Shown in pieces: positions 27,005 through 40,370 of a stretch of 64,000 bases of DNA; the stretch's first letter is position 1, and each line of letters starts with the position of its first letter. The stretch is from the NCBI RefSeq assembly GCF_009914755.1, contig NC_060933.1. One strand, 5' to 3'. A program made the position numbers and the translations under genes. The notes under the pieces were generated by a model, which saw only the letters and a list, made by a program, of their open reading frames with translations, had not been told where the DNA came from and did no database searches. This DNA is from the human T2T-CHM13v2.0 reference genome, Homo sapiens.

Positions 27005-30000
27005 GGAATGGAATGGAATGGAATGGAATGGAATGGAATGGAATGGAATAAACCCGAGTTCAATGGAATGGAGAGGAATGGAATGGAATGGAATGGAAAC
27101 TACCCGAATGGAATGGAATGTAATGGAGTGTAAGGGAATTGAATAGAATCAATCCGAATGTAATGGAATGGAATGGAACGGAATGGAATGGAATGGAATG
27201 GAATGGAATGGAATGCAACGCAATGGAATGGAATCAACCCGAGTGCAATCGAATGGAATCGAATGGAATGGAATGCAATGGAATGGACTCAACTTGAATG
27301 GAATGGAAAGAATGGAATCAACACGAGTGGAATGGCATGGATTGGAATGGAATGGAATGGAATCAACCCGAGTACAGGGGAATGGAATGGAATGGAATGC
27401 AATGGAATGGAATCATCCGTAATGGAATGGAAAGAATGGAATGGAATGGAATGGAATGGAATGGAATCAACTCGATTGCAATCGAATGGAATGGAATGGA
27501 AATAACCCGAATAGAATGGAATGGAATGGAATGGAACGGAACGGAATGGAATGGAATGGAATGGAACGGAACGGAACGGAATGGATGGAATGGAATGGAA
27601 TGGAATGGAATGGAATGAACGCGAGTGCAGGGGAATGGAATGGAATGGAATGCAATGGAATGGAATAATCTCTTCCGGAATGGAATTGAATGGAATGGAA
27701 TGGAATGAAATGCAATTGATTCAACTCGACTGCAATGGAATGGAATAGAATGGAATGGAATGGAATGGAATGGAATGGAATGGAATGGAATGGAATTAAC
27801 CCGAATAGAATGGAATGGAATGGAATGGAACGGAAAGGAACGGAATGGAATGGAATGGAATGGAATGGAATGGAATGGAATGGTATGGAATGGAATGGAA
27901 TGGTACGGAATAGAATGGAATGGAACGAATTGTAATGGAATGGAATTGAATGGAATGGAATGGAATGGAATGGAATCAACGCGAGTGCAGGGGAATGTAA
28001 TGGAACGGAATGCAATGGAATGGAATCATCCGGAATGGAATGGAATGGAATGGAATGGAATAGAATCAACCCGAGTACAATGGAATGGAGTGGAATGGAA
28101 TGGAAAGGAATGGAACAACCCAAATGGAATGGAACGTAATGGAGAGTAAGGGAGTTGAATAGAATCAATCCGAATGTAATGGAATGGAATGCAACGGAAT
28201 GGAATGGAATGGAATGGAATGGAATTGAATGGAATGCAATGAAATGGAATCAACCCGAGTACAATGGAATGGAATGGAATGGAATGGAATGGAATGGAAT
28301 GGAATGCATTCAAACCGAATGGAATGGAAAGGAATGGAATCAACACAAGTGGAATGGAATGGAATGGAATGGAATGGAATGGAATGGAATGATACGGAAT
28401 AGAATGGAATGGAACGAAATGGAATGGAATGGAATGGAATGGAATGGAATGGAATGGAATGGAATGGAATGGAATCGTTCCGAGTGGAATAGGAGGGAAT
28501 GTATTCGAGTGGAATGGAAAGGAATGGAATCAACCAGAGTGGAATGGAAGGGAATGGAATGGAATGGAAACTAATAGAATGCAATCAACCCGAGTGGAAT
28601 GGAATGGAAAAGACTGGAATGGAAAGGAATGGAATGGAATGGAATGGAATGGAATCTTCCGGAATGGAATGGAATGGAATGCAATGGATTCAACTCGATT
28701 GCAATGGAATGGAATAGAATGGAATGGAATGGAATGGAATGGAATGGAATGGAATTAAACCGAATAGAATGGAATGGAATGGAATGGAACGGAACAGAAG
28801 GGAACGGAACGGAATGGAATGGAATAAAATGGAATGGAACGGAAAGGAATGGAATGGAATGGAATGGAATGGAATGGAATGGAATGGAATCAACGCGAGT
28901 GCAGGGGAATGGAATGGAATGGAATGCCATGGAATGGAATCTTCCGGAATGGAATGGAATGGAATGGAATGGAATGGAATGGAATTAACCCGAATAGAAT
29001 GGAATGGAATGGAATGGAACGGAACGGAATGGAATGGAATGGAATGGAATGGAATGGAACGGAACGGAATGGAATGGAATGGAATGGAATGGAATGGAAT
29101 GGAATGGAATCAAAGCGAGTGCAGGGGAATGGAATGTAATGGAATGCAATGGAATGGAATCTTCCGGAATGGAATGGAATGGAATGGAATGGAATCAACC
29201 CGAGTGCAATGGAATGGAGTGGAATGGAATGGAATGGAATGGAACAACCCGAATGGAATGGAATGTAATGGAGTGTAAGGGAGTTGAATAGAATCAATCC
29301 GAATGTAATTTAATGGAATGGAATGGAACGGAATGGAATTGAATGGAATGGAATGGAATGCAATGGAATGGAATCAACCCGAGTGCAATGGAATGGAGAG
29401 GAATGGAATGGAATGGAGTGGAAACTACCCGAATGGAATGGAATGTAATGGAGTGTAAGGGAATTGAATAGAATCAATCCGAATGTAATGGAAAGGATTG
29501 GAACGGAATGGAATGGAATGGAATGGAATGGAATGGAATGGAATGCAATGGAATGGAATCAACCCGAGTGCAATCGAATGGAATCGAATGGAATGAAATG
29601 CAATGGAATGGAATCAACTCGATTGCAATCGAATGGAATGGAATGGAATTAACCCGAATAGAAAGGAATGGAATGGAATGGAAAGGAACGGAACGGAATG
29701 GAATGGAATGGAATGGAACGGAACAGAATGGAATGGAATGGAATGGAATGGAATCAACGCGAGTGCAGGGGAATGGAATGGAATGGAATGCTATTGAATG
29801 GAATCTTCCGGAATGGAATGGAATGGAATGGAATGGAATGAAATGCAATGGATTCAACTCGAATGCAATGGAATGGAATAGAATGGAATGGAATGGAATG
29901 GAATGGAATTAACCCGAATAGAATGGAATGGAATGCAATGGAACGGAATGGAACGGAATGGAATGGAATGGAATGGAATGGAATGGAATGGAATGAAATG

Positions 30001-33000
30001 GAATGGTATAGAATGGAATGGAATGGTACGGAATAGAATGGAATGTAACGAATTGTAATGGAATGGAATTGAATGGAATGGAATGGAATCAATGCGAGTG
30101 CAGGGGAATGTAATGGAACGGAATGAAATGGAATGGAATCATCCGGAATGGAATGGAATGGAATGGAATGGAATGGAATCAACCCGAGTGCAATGGAATG
30201 GAGTGAAATGGAATGGAATGGAATGGAGACAACCAGAATGGATTGGAATATAATGGAGTGTAAGGGAATTGATTAGAATCAATCTGAATGTAATGAAATG
30301 GAATGGAACGGAATGGAATGGAATGGAATGGAATGGAATGGAATGGAATGGAATGCAATGGAATGGAATCAACCCGAGTGCAATCGAATGGAATCGAATG
30401 GAATGGAATGCATTGGAATGGATTCAACTTGAATGGAATGGAAAGAATGGAATCAACACGAGTGGAAGGGCATGGATTGGAATGCAATGGAATGGAATCA
30501 ACCCGAGTACAGGGGAATGGAATGGAATGGAATGCAATGGAATGGAATCATCCGTAATGGAATGGAAAGGAATGGAATGGAATGGAATGGTATGGAATGG
30601 AATGGAATCAACACGATTGCAATGGAATGGAATGGAATGGAATTAACCCGAATAGAATGGAATGGAATGGAACGGAACGGAATGGAATGGAATGGAATGG
30701 AATGGAATGGAATGGAATGGAACGGAACGGAATGGAATGGAATGGAAAGGAATGGAATCAACGCGAGTGCAGGGGAATGGAATTGAATGGAATGCAATGG
30801 AATGGAATCTTCCGGAATGGAATGGAATGGAATGGAATGGAATGAAATGCAATGGATTCAACTCGATTGCAATGGAATGTAATAGAATGGGATGGAATGG
30901 AATGGAATGGAATTAACCCGAATAGAATGGAATGGAATGGAATGGAATGGAATGGAACTGAATGGAACGGAATGGAACGGAATCGAATGGAATGGAATGG
31001 AATGGAATGGAATGGAATGGTATGGAATGGAATGGAATGGTACGGAATAGAATGGAATGGAAATGATTGTAATGGAATGGAATTGAATGGAATGGAATGG
31101 AATGGAAAGGAATGGAATCAACGCGAGTGCAGGGGAATGTAATGGAACGGAATGCAATGGAATGGAATCATCTGGAATGAAATGGAATGGAATGGAATGG
31201 AACGGAATCAACCCGAGTGCAATGGAATGGAGTGGAATGGCATGGAATGGAATGGAACAACCCGAATGGAATGGAATGTAATGGAGAGTAAGGGAGTTGA
31301 ATAGAATCAATTCGAATGTAATGGAATGGAATGCAACGGAATGGAATGGAATGGAATGCAATGGAATTGAATGGAATGGAATGCAAAGGAATGGAATCAA
31401 CCCGAGTGGAATGGCATGGAATGGAATGCAATGGATTGGAATGGAATGGAATCAAATCGAGTGGAAAGGAATGGAATGGAATGGAAAGGAGTGGAATGAA
31501 GTCAACTCGAGTGGAATGGAATGGAATGGAATGGATTGGAATGGATTGCAATGGAATGAAATGGAATGGAATGGAATGGAATCAATCATTCCGAGTGGAA
31601 TGGAAGGGAATGTAATTGAGTGGAAAGAAGGGAATGGAATCAACCCGAGTGGAATGCAAGGCAATTGAATGGAATGGAAAGGAATGGAATGGAATCAACT
31701 CGATTGCAATGGAATGGAATGGAATGGAATGGAATGGAATGGAAAGGAATGGAATGGAATGAAATGGAATGGAATGGAATGCAATGGAATGGAATCAACC
31801 CGAGTGCAATCGAATGGAATCGAATGGAATGGAATGCAATGGAATGGATTCAACTTCAATGGAATGGAAAGAATGGAATCAACACGAGTGGAATGGCATG
31901 GATTGGAATGGAATGGAATGGAATGCAATGGAATGGAATCATCCGTAATGGAATGGAAAGGAAAGGAATGGAATGGAATGGAATGGAATGGAATGGAATC
32001 AACTCGATTGCAATCGAATGGAATGGAATGGAATTAACCCGAATAGAATGGAATGGAATGGAATGGAATGGAACGGAACAGAATGGAATGGATTGGAATG
32101 GAATGGAATGGAATGGAACGGAAAGGAATGGAATGGAATGGAATGGAATGGAATGGAATGGCATGGAATGGAATAGAATCAACGCGAGTGCAGGGGAATC
32201 AAATGGAATGGAATGCAATGGAATGGAATCTTCCGGAATGGAATGGAATGGAATGGAATGGAATGGAATGGAATAAACCCGAGTGCAATGGAATGAAGTG
32301 GAATGGAATGGAATGGAATGGAACAACCCGAATGGAATGGAATGTAATGGAGAGTAAGGGAGTTGAATAGAATAAATCCGAATGTAATGGAATGGAATGG
32401 AACGGAATGGAATTGAATGGAATGGAATGGAATGCAATGGAATGGAATCAACCCGAGTACAATGGAATGGAGAGGAATGGCATGGAATGGAATGCAAACT
32501 ACCCGAATGGAATGGAATGTAATGGAGTGTAAGGGAATTGAATAGAATCAATCCGAATGTAATGGAATGGAATGGAACGGAATGGAATGGAATGGAATGG
32601 AATGGAATGGAATGGAATGGAACGGAATGGAATGGAATGGAATGGAATGGATTGGAATGGAATGGAATGGAATGGAAAGGAATGGAATGGAATGGAAACA
32701 ACGCGTGTGCAGGGGAATGGAATGGAATGGACTGCAATGGAATGGAAACTTCCGGAATGAAATGCAATGGATTCTACTCGATTGCAATGGAATGGAATAG
32801 AATGGAATGGAATGGAATGGAATGGAATTAATCCGAATAGAATTGACTGGAATGGAATGGAACGGAATGGAACGGAATGGAATGGAATGGAATGGAATGG
32901 AATGGTATGGAATGGAATTGAATGGTACGGAATAGAATGGAATGGAACGAATTGTAATGGAATGGAATTGAATGGAATGGAATGGAATGGAATGGAATGG

Positions 33001-33949
33001 AATCAACGCGAGTGCAGGGGAATGTAATGGAACGGAATGCAATGGAATGGAATCATCCGGAATGGAACGGAATGTAATGGAATGGAATGGAATCAACCCG
33101 AGTGCAATGGAATGGAGTGGAATGGAATGGAATGGAATGGAACAACCCGAATGGAATGGAATGTAATGGAGAGTAAGGGAGTTGAATAGAATCAATCCGA
33201 ATGTAATGGAATGGAATGCAACGGAATGGAATGGAATGGAATGGAATAGAATGCAATGGAAGGGAATCAACCCGACTACAATGGAATGGAATGGAATGGA
33301 ATGGAATGGAATGGAATGGAATGGAATGGAATGGAATGATACGAAATAGAATGGAATGGAACGAAATGGAATGGAATGGAATGGAATGGAATGGAATCGT
33401 TCCGAGTGGAATAGGAGGGAATGTATTCGAGTGGAATGGAAAGGAATGGAATCAACCAGAGTGGAATGGAAGGGAATGGAATGGAATGGAAACTAATAGA
33501 ATGGAATCAACCCGACTGGAATGGAATGGAACGGACTGGAATGGAATGGAATGGAATGGAATCAACTCGATTGTAATGGAATGGAATGGAATGGAATTAA
33601 TTCGAATAGAATGGAATGGAATGGAATGGAACGGAATGGAACGGAATGGAATGGAATGGAATGGAATGGAATGGTATGGAATGGAATGGAATGGAATGGT
33701 ACGGAATAGAATGGAATGGAACGAATTGTAATGGAATGGAATGGAATGGAATGGAATGGAATGGAATGGAATCAACGCCAGTGCAGGGGAATGTAATGGA
33801 ACGGAATGCAATCGAATGGAATCATCCGGAATGGAATGGAATGGAATGGAATGGAATGGAATGGAATCAACCCGAGTGCAATGGAATGGAGGGGAATGGA
33901 ATGGAATGGAATGGAACAACCCGAATGGAATGGAATGTAATGGAGAGTA

Positions 33950-36700
33950 AGGGAGTTGAATAGAATGAATCCGAATGTAATGGAATGGAATGCAACGGAA
34001 TGGAATGGAATGGAATAGAATGGAATGCAATGGAATGGAATCAACCCGAGGACAATGGAATGGAATGGAATGGAATGGAATGGAATGGAATGAAATGGAA
34101 TGATACGGAATAGAATGGAATGGAACGAAATGGAATGGAATGGAATGGAATGGAATGGAATGGAATGGAATAGTTCCGAGTGGAATAGGAGGGAATGTAT
34201 TCGAGTGGAATGGAAAGGAATGGAATCAACCAGAGTGGAATGGAAGGAAATGAAATCGAATGGAAACTAATGGAATGGAATCAAACCGAGTGGAATGGAA
34301 TGGAAAGGACTGGAATGGAATGGAACGGAATGGAATCAACTCGATTGTAATGGAATGGAATGGAATGGAATGGAATGCAGTGGAATGGAATGGAATCAAC
34401 CCGAGTGCAGGGGAATGGAATGGAATGGAATGCAATGGAATGGAATCACCCGGAATGGAATGGAATGGAATGGAATGCAAAACAATGGAATCAACTCGAT
34501 TGCAGTGGAATGGAATGGAATGGAAAGGAATACATTGGAATCAACCCGAGTGGAATGGAATGGAAAGGACTGGAATGGAGTGGAATGGAATGGAATGGAA
34601 TCGAATGGAATCAACTCGATTGGAATGGAATGGAATGGAATGGAATGGAATTAACCCGAATAGAATGGAATGCAATGGAATGGAACAGAACGGAATGGAA
34701 TGGAATGGAACGGAATGGAATGGAATGGAATGGAATCAACCCGACTGCAGGGGAATGGAATGCAAGGGAATGCAATGGAATGGATTCAACTTGAATGGAA
34801 TGGAAAGAATGGAATCAACACGAGTGGAATGGCATGGATTGGAATGGAATGGAATGGAATCAACCCGAGTACAGGGGAATGGAATGGAATGGAATGCAAT
34901 GGAATGGAATCATCCGTAATGGAATGGAAAGTAATGGAATGGAATGGAATGGAATGGAATGGAATGGAATGGAATCAACTCGATTGCAATCGAATGGAAT
35001 GGAATGGAATTAACCCGAATAGAATGGAATGGAATGGAATGGAACGGAACGGAACGGAATGGAATGGATTGGAATGGAATGGAATGGAATGGAATGGAAC
35101 GGAAAGGAATGGAATGGAATGCAATGGAGTGGAATGGAATGGAATGGAATCAACGCGAGTGCAGGGGAATGGAATGGAATGGAATGCAATGGAATGGAAT
35201 CTTCCGGAATGGAATGGAATGGAATGGAATGGAATGGAATCAACCCGAGTGCAATGGAATGGAGTGGAATGGAATGGAATGGAATGGAACAACCCGAATG
35301 GAATGGAATGTATTGAAGAGTAAGGGAGTTGAATAGAATCAATCCGAATGTAATGGAATGGAATGGAACGGAATGGAATTGAATGGAATGGAATGGAATG
35401 CAATGGAATGGAATCAACCCGAGTGCAATGGAATGGAGAGGAATGGAATGGAATGGAATGGAAACTACCCGAATGGAATGGAATGTAATGGAGTGTAAGG
35501 GAATTGAATAGAATCAATCCGAATGTAATGGAATGGAATGGAACGGAATGGAATGGAATGGAATGGAATGGAATGGAATGGAATGGAATGCAATGGAATG
35601 GAATCAACCCGAGTGCAATCGAATGGAATCGAATGGAATGGAATGCAATGGAATGGATTCAACTTGAATGGAATGGAAAGAATGGAATCAACACGAGTGG
35701 AATGGCATGGATTGGAATGGAATGGAATGGAATCAACACGAGTACAGGGGAATGGAATGGAATGGAATGCAATGGAATGGAATCATCCATAATGGAATGG
35801 AAAGGAATGGAATGGAATGGAATGGAATGGAATGGAATGGAATCAACTCGATTGCAATCGAATGGAATGGAATGGAATTAACCCGAATAGAATGGAATGG
35901 AATGGAATGGAACGGAACGGAATGGAATGGAATGGAATGGAACGGAACGGAATGGAATGGAATGGAATGGAATGGAATGGAATGGAATGGAATGGAATGG
36001 AATCAACGCGAGTGCAGGGGAATGGAATGGAATGGAATGCAATGGAATGGAATCTTCCGGAATGGAATGGAATGCAATGGAATGGAATGAAATGCAATGG
36101 ATTCAACTCGATTGCAATGGAATGGAATAGAATGGAATGGAATGGAATGGAATGGAATTAATCCGAATAAAATGGAATGGAATGGAATGGAATGGAATGG
36201 AATGGAATGGTTTGGTATGGAATGCAATGGAATGGTACGGAATAGAATGGAATGGAACTAATAGTAATGGAATGGAATTGAATGGAATGGAATGGAATGG
36301 AATGGAATGGAATCAACGCGACTGCAGGGGAATGTAATGGAACGGAATACAATGGAACGGAATCATCCGGAAAGGAATGGAATGGAATGGAATCAACCCG
36401 AGTGCAATGGAATGGAGTGGAATGGAATGGAATGGAATGGAACAACCCGAATGGAATGGAATGTAATGGAGAGTAAGGGAGTTTAATAGAATCAATCCGA
36501 ATGTAATGGAATGGAATGCAACGGAATGGAATGGAATGGAATGCAATGGAATTGAATCAACCCGAGTACAATGGAATGGAATGGAATGGAATGGAATGGA
36601 ATGGAATGGAATGGAATGGAATGATACGGAATAGAATGGAATGGAACGAAATGGAATGGAATGGAATGGAATGGAATGGAATGGAATGGAATGGAATCGT
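33950..36700 (-). repeat. Dispersed duplicated block, copy 1 (paralog at ~47680-50430, offset ~13.73 kb)
   Basis: Shared rare variants: AATGAATCCG at 33964/47692, AATAGTTCCGAG at ~34169/47907, AATCACCCGG at ~34444/48182 and GTTTAATAG at 36481/50204. ORF offsets are 34260/47998 and 34670/48408 (13738). Confidence 0.85.
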
Positions 36701-38989
36701 TCCGAGTGGAATAGGAGGGAATGTATTCGAGTGGAATGGAAAGGAATGGAATCAACCAGAGTGGAATGGAAGGGAATGGAATGGAATGGAAACTAATAGA
36801 ATGGAATCAACCCGAGTGGAATGGAATGGAAAGGACTGGAATGGAATGGAATGGAATGGAATCAACTCGATTGTAATGGAATGGAATGGAATGGAATGGA
36901 ATGGAATGTAATGGAATTAACCTGAATACAATGGAATGGAATGGAATGGAACGGAATGGAGTAGAATGGAATGGAATCAACCCGAGTGCAGGGGAATGGA
37001 ATGGAATGGAATGCAATGGAATGGAATCATCCGGAATTGAATGGAATGGAATGGAATGCAAAGCAATGGAATCAACTCGATTGCAATGGAATGGAATGGA
37101 ATGGAAAGGAATACATTGGAATCAACCCGAGTGGAATGGAATGGAAAGGACTGGAATGGAGTGGAATGGAATGGAATGGAATGGAATGGAATCAAATCGA
37201 TTGGAATGGAATGGAATGGAATGGAATGGAATGGAATGGAATGGAATGGAATTAAACCGAATAGAATGGAATGGAATGGAATGGAACGGAACGGAATGGA
37301 ATGGAATGGAATGGAATGGAATGGAATGGAAACAACCCGACTGCAGGGGAATTTAATGGAATGGAATGCAATGGAATGGATTCAACTTGAATGGAATGGA
37401 AAGAATGGAATCAACACGAGTGGAATGGCATGGATTGGAATGGAATGGAATGGAATCAACCCGAGTACAGGGGAATGGAATGGAATGGAATGCAATGGAA
37501 TGGAATCATCCGTAATGGAATGAAAAGAAATGGAATGGAATGGAATGGAATGGAATGAAATCAACTCGATTGCAATCGAATGGAATGGAATGGAATTAAC
37601 CCGAATAGAATGGAATGGAATGGAATGGAACGGAACGGAATGGAATGGAATGGAATGGAATGGAATGGAACGGAAAGGAATGGAATGGAATGGAATGGAA
37701 TGGAATGGAATGGAATGGAATGGAATGGAATCAACGCGAGTGCAGGGGAATGGAATGTAATGGAATGCAATGGAATGGAATCTTCCGGAATGGAATGGAA
37801 TGGAATGGAATGAAATGGAATAAACCTGAGTGCAATGGAATGGAGTGGAATGGAATGGAATGGAATGGAACAAGCCGAATGCAATGGAATGTAATGGAGA
37901 GTAAGGGAGTTGAATAGAGTCAATCCGAATGTAATGGAATGGAATGGAACGGAATGGAATGGAATGGAATGCAATGGAATGGAATCAACCCGAGTGCAAT
38001 GGAATGAAGAGGAATGGAATGGAATGGAATGGAAACTACCCGAATGGAATGGAATGTAATGGAGTGTAAGGGAATTGAATAGAATCAATCCGAATGTAAT
38101 GGAATGGAATGGAACGGAATGGAATGGAATGGAATGGAATGGAATGGAATGCAATGGAATGGAATCAACCCGAGTGCAATCGAATGGAATCGAATGGAAT
38201 GGAATGCAATGGAAAAGATTCAACTTGAATGGAATGGAAAGAATGGAATCAACACGAGTGGAAGGGCATGGATTGGAATGCAAAGGAATGGAATCAACCC
38301 GATTACAGGGGAATGGAATGGAATGGAATGCAATGGAATGGAATCATCCGTAATGGAATGGAAAGGAATGGAATGGAATGGAATGGAATGGAATGGAATG
38401 GAATGGAATCAACACGATTGCAATCGAATGGAATGGAGTGGAATTAACCCGAATAGAATGGAATGGAATGGAATGGAACGGAACGGAATGGAATGGAATG
38501 GAATGGAATGGAATGGAACAGAACGGAACGGAATGGAATGGAATGGAATGGAATGGAATGGAATGGAATGGAATCAACGCGAGTGCAGGGGAATGGCATG
38601 GAATGGAATGCAATGGAATGGAATCTTCCGGAATGGAATGGAATGGAATGGAATGAAATGCAACGGATTCAACTCGGTTGCAATGGAATGGAAAAGAATG
38701 GAATGGAATGGAATGGAATCAACTCGATTGCAATCGAACGGAATGGAATGGAATTAACCCGAATAGAATGGAATGGAATGGAATGGAACGGAACGGAACG
38801 GAATGGAATGGATTGGAATGGAATGGAATGGAATGGAATGGAACGGAAAGGAATGGAATGGAATGGAATGGAATGGAATCAACGCCAGTGCAGGGGAATG
38901 GAATGGAAGGGAATGCAATGGAATGGAATCATCCGTAATGGAATGGAAAGGAATAGAATGGAATATAATGGAATGGAATGGAATGGAAT

Positions 38990-40370
38990 CAACTCGATTG
39001 CAATCGAATGGAATGGAATGGAATTAACCCGAATAGAATGGAATGGAATGTAATGGAACGGAACGGAATGGAATGGAATGGAATGGAATGGAATGGAACG
39101 GAAAGGAAGGGAATGGAACGGAATAGAATGGAATGGAATGGAATCAACGCGAGTGCAGGGGAATGGAATGGAATGGAATGCAATGGAATGGAATCTTCCA
39201 TAATGGAATGGAATGGAATGGAATGGAATGGAATGGAATCAACCCGAGTGCAATGGAATGGAGTGGAATGGAATGGAATGGAATGAAACAACCCGAATGG
39301 AATGGAATGTAATGGAGAGTAAGGGAGTTGAATAGAATCAATCCAAATGTAATGGAATGGAATGGAACGGAATGGAATTGAATGGAATGGAATGGAATGC
39401 AATGGAATGGAATCAACCCGAGTGCAATGGAATGGAGAGGAATGGAATGGAATGGAATGGAAACTACCCGAATGGAATGGAATGTAATGGAGTGTAAGGG
39501 AATTGAATAGAATCAATCCGAATGGAATGGAATGGAATGGAACGGAATGTAATGGAATGGAATGGAATGGAATCAACCCGAGTGCAGGGGAATGGAATGG
39601 AATGGAATGCAATGGAATGGAATCATCCGGAATGGACTGGAATGGAATGCAATGGAATGGAATGGAATGGAATGGAATGGAAAGGAATCAACTCGATTGC
39701 AATCGAATGGAATGGAATGGAATTAACCAAATAGAATGGAATGGAATGGAATGGAGTGGAACGGAACGGAATAGAATGGAATGGAATGGAATGGAATGGA
39801 ATGGAAAGGAAGGGAATGGAATGGAATACAATGGAATGGAATGGAATAAACACGAGTGCAGGGGAATGGAATGGAATGGAATGCAATGGAATGGAATCTT
39901 CCGGAATGGAATGAAATGGAATGGAATGGAATGGAATGGAATCAACCCGAGTGCAATGGAATGGAGTGGAATGGAATGGAATGGAATGAAACAACCCGAA
40001 TGGAATGGAATGTAATGGAGAGTAAGGGAGTTGAATAGAATCAATCCAAATGTAATGGAATGGAATGGAACGGAATGGAATTGAATGGAATGGAATGGAA
40101 GGCAATGGAATGGAATCAACCCGAGTGCAATGGAATGGAGAGGAATGGAATGGAATGGAATGGAAACTACCCGAATGGAATGGAATGTAATGGAGTGTAA
40201 GGGAATTGAATAGAATCAATCCGAATGGAATGGAATGGAATGGAACGGAATGTAATGGAATGGAATGGAATGGAATCAACCCGAGTGCAGGGGAATGGAA
40301 TGGAATGGAATGCAATGGAATGGAATCATCCGGAATGGACTGGAATGGAATGCAATGGAATGGAATGGAA
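38990..40370 (-). repeat. Tandem duplication, 703-bp unit, ~2 copies
   Basis: GAAACAACCCG (AATGAAAC variant) at 39285/39988, ATCCAAATG at ~39341/40044 and GACTGG at 39635/40338. ORF offsets are 39503/40206 and 39522/40225. Confidence 0.82.
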
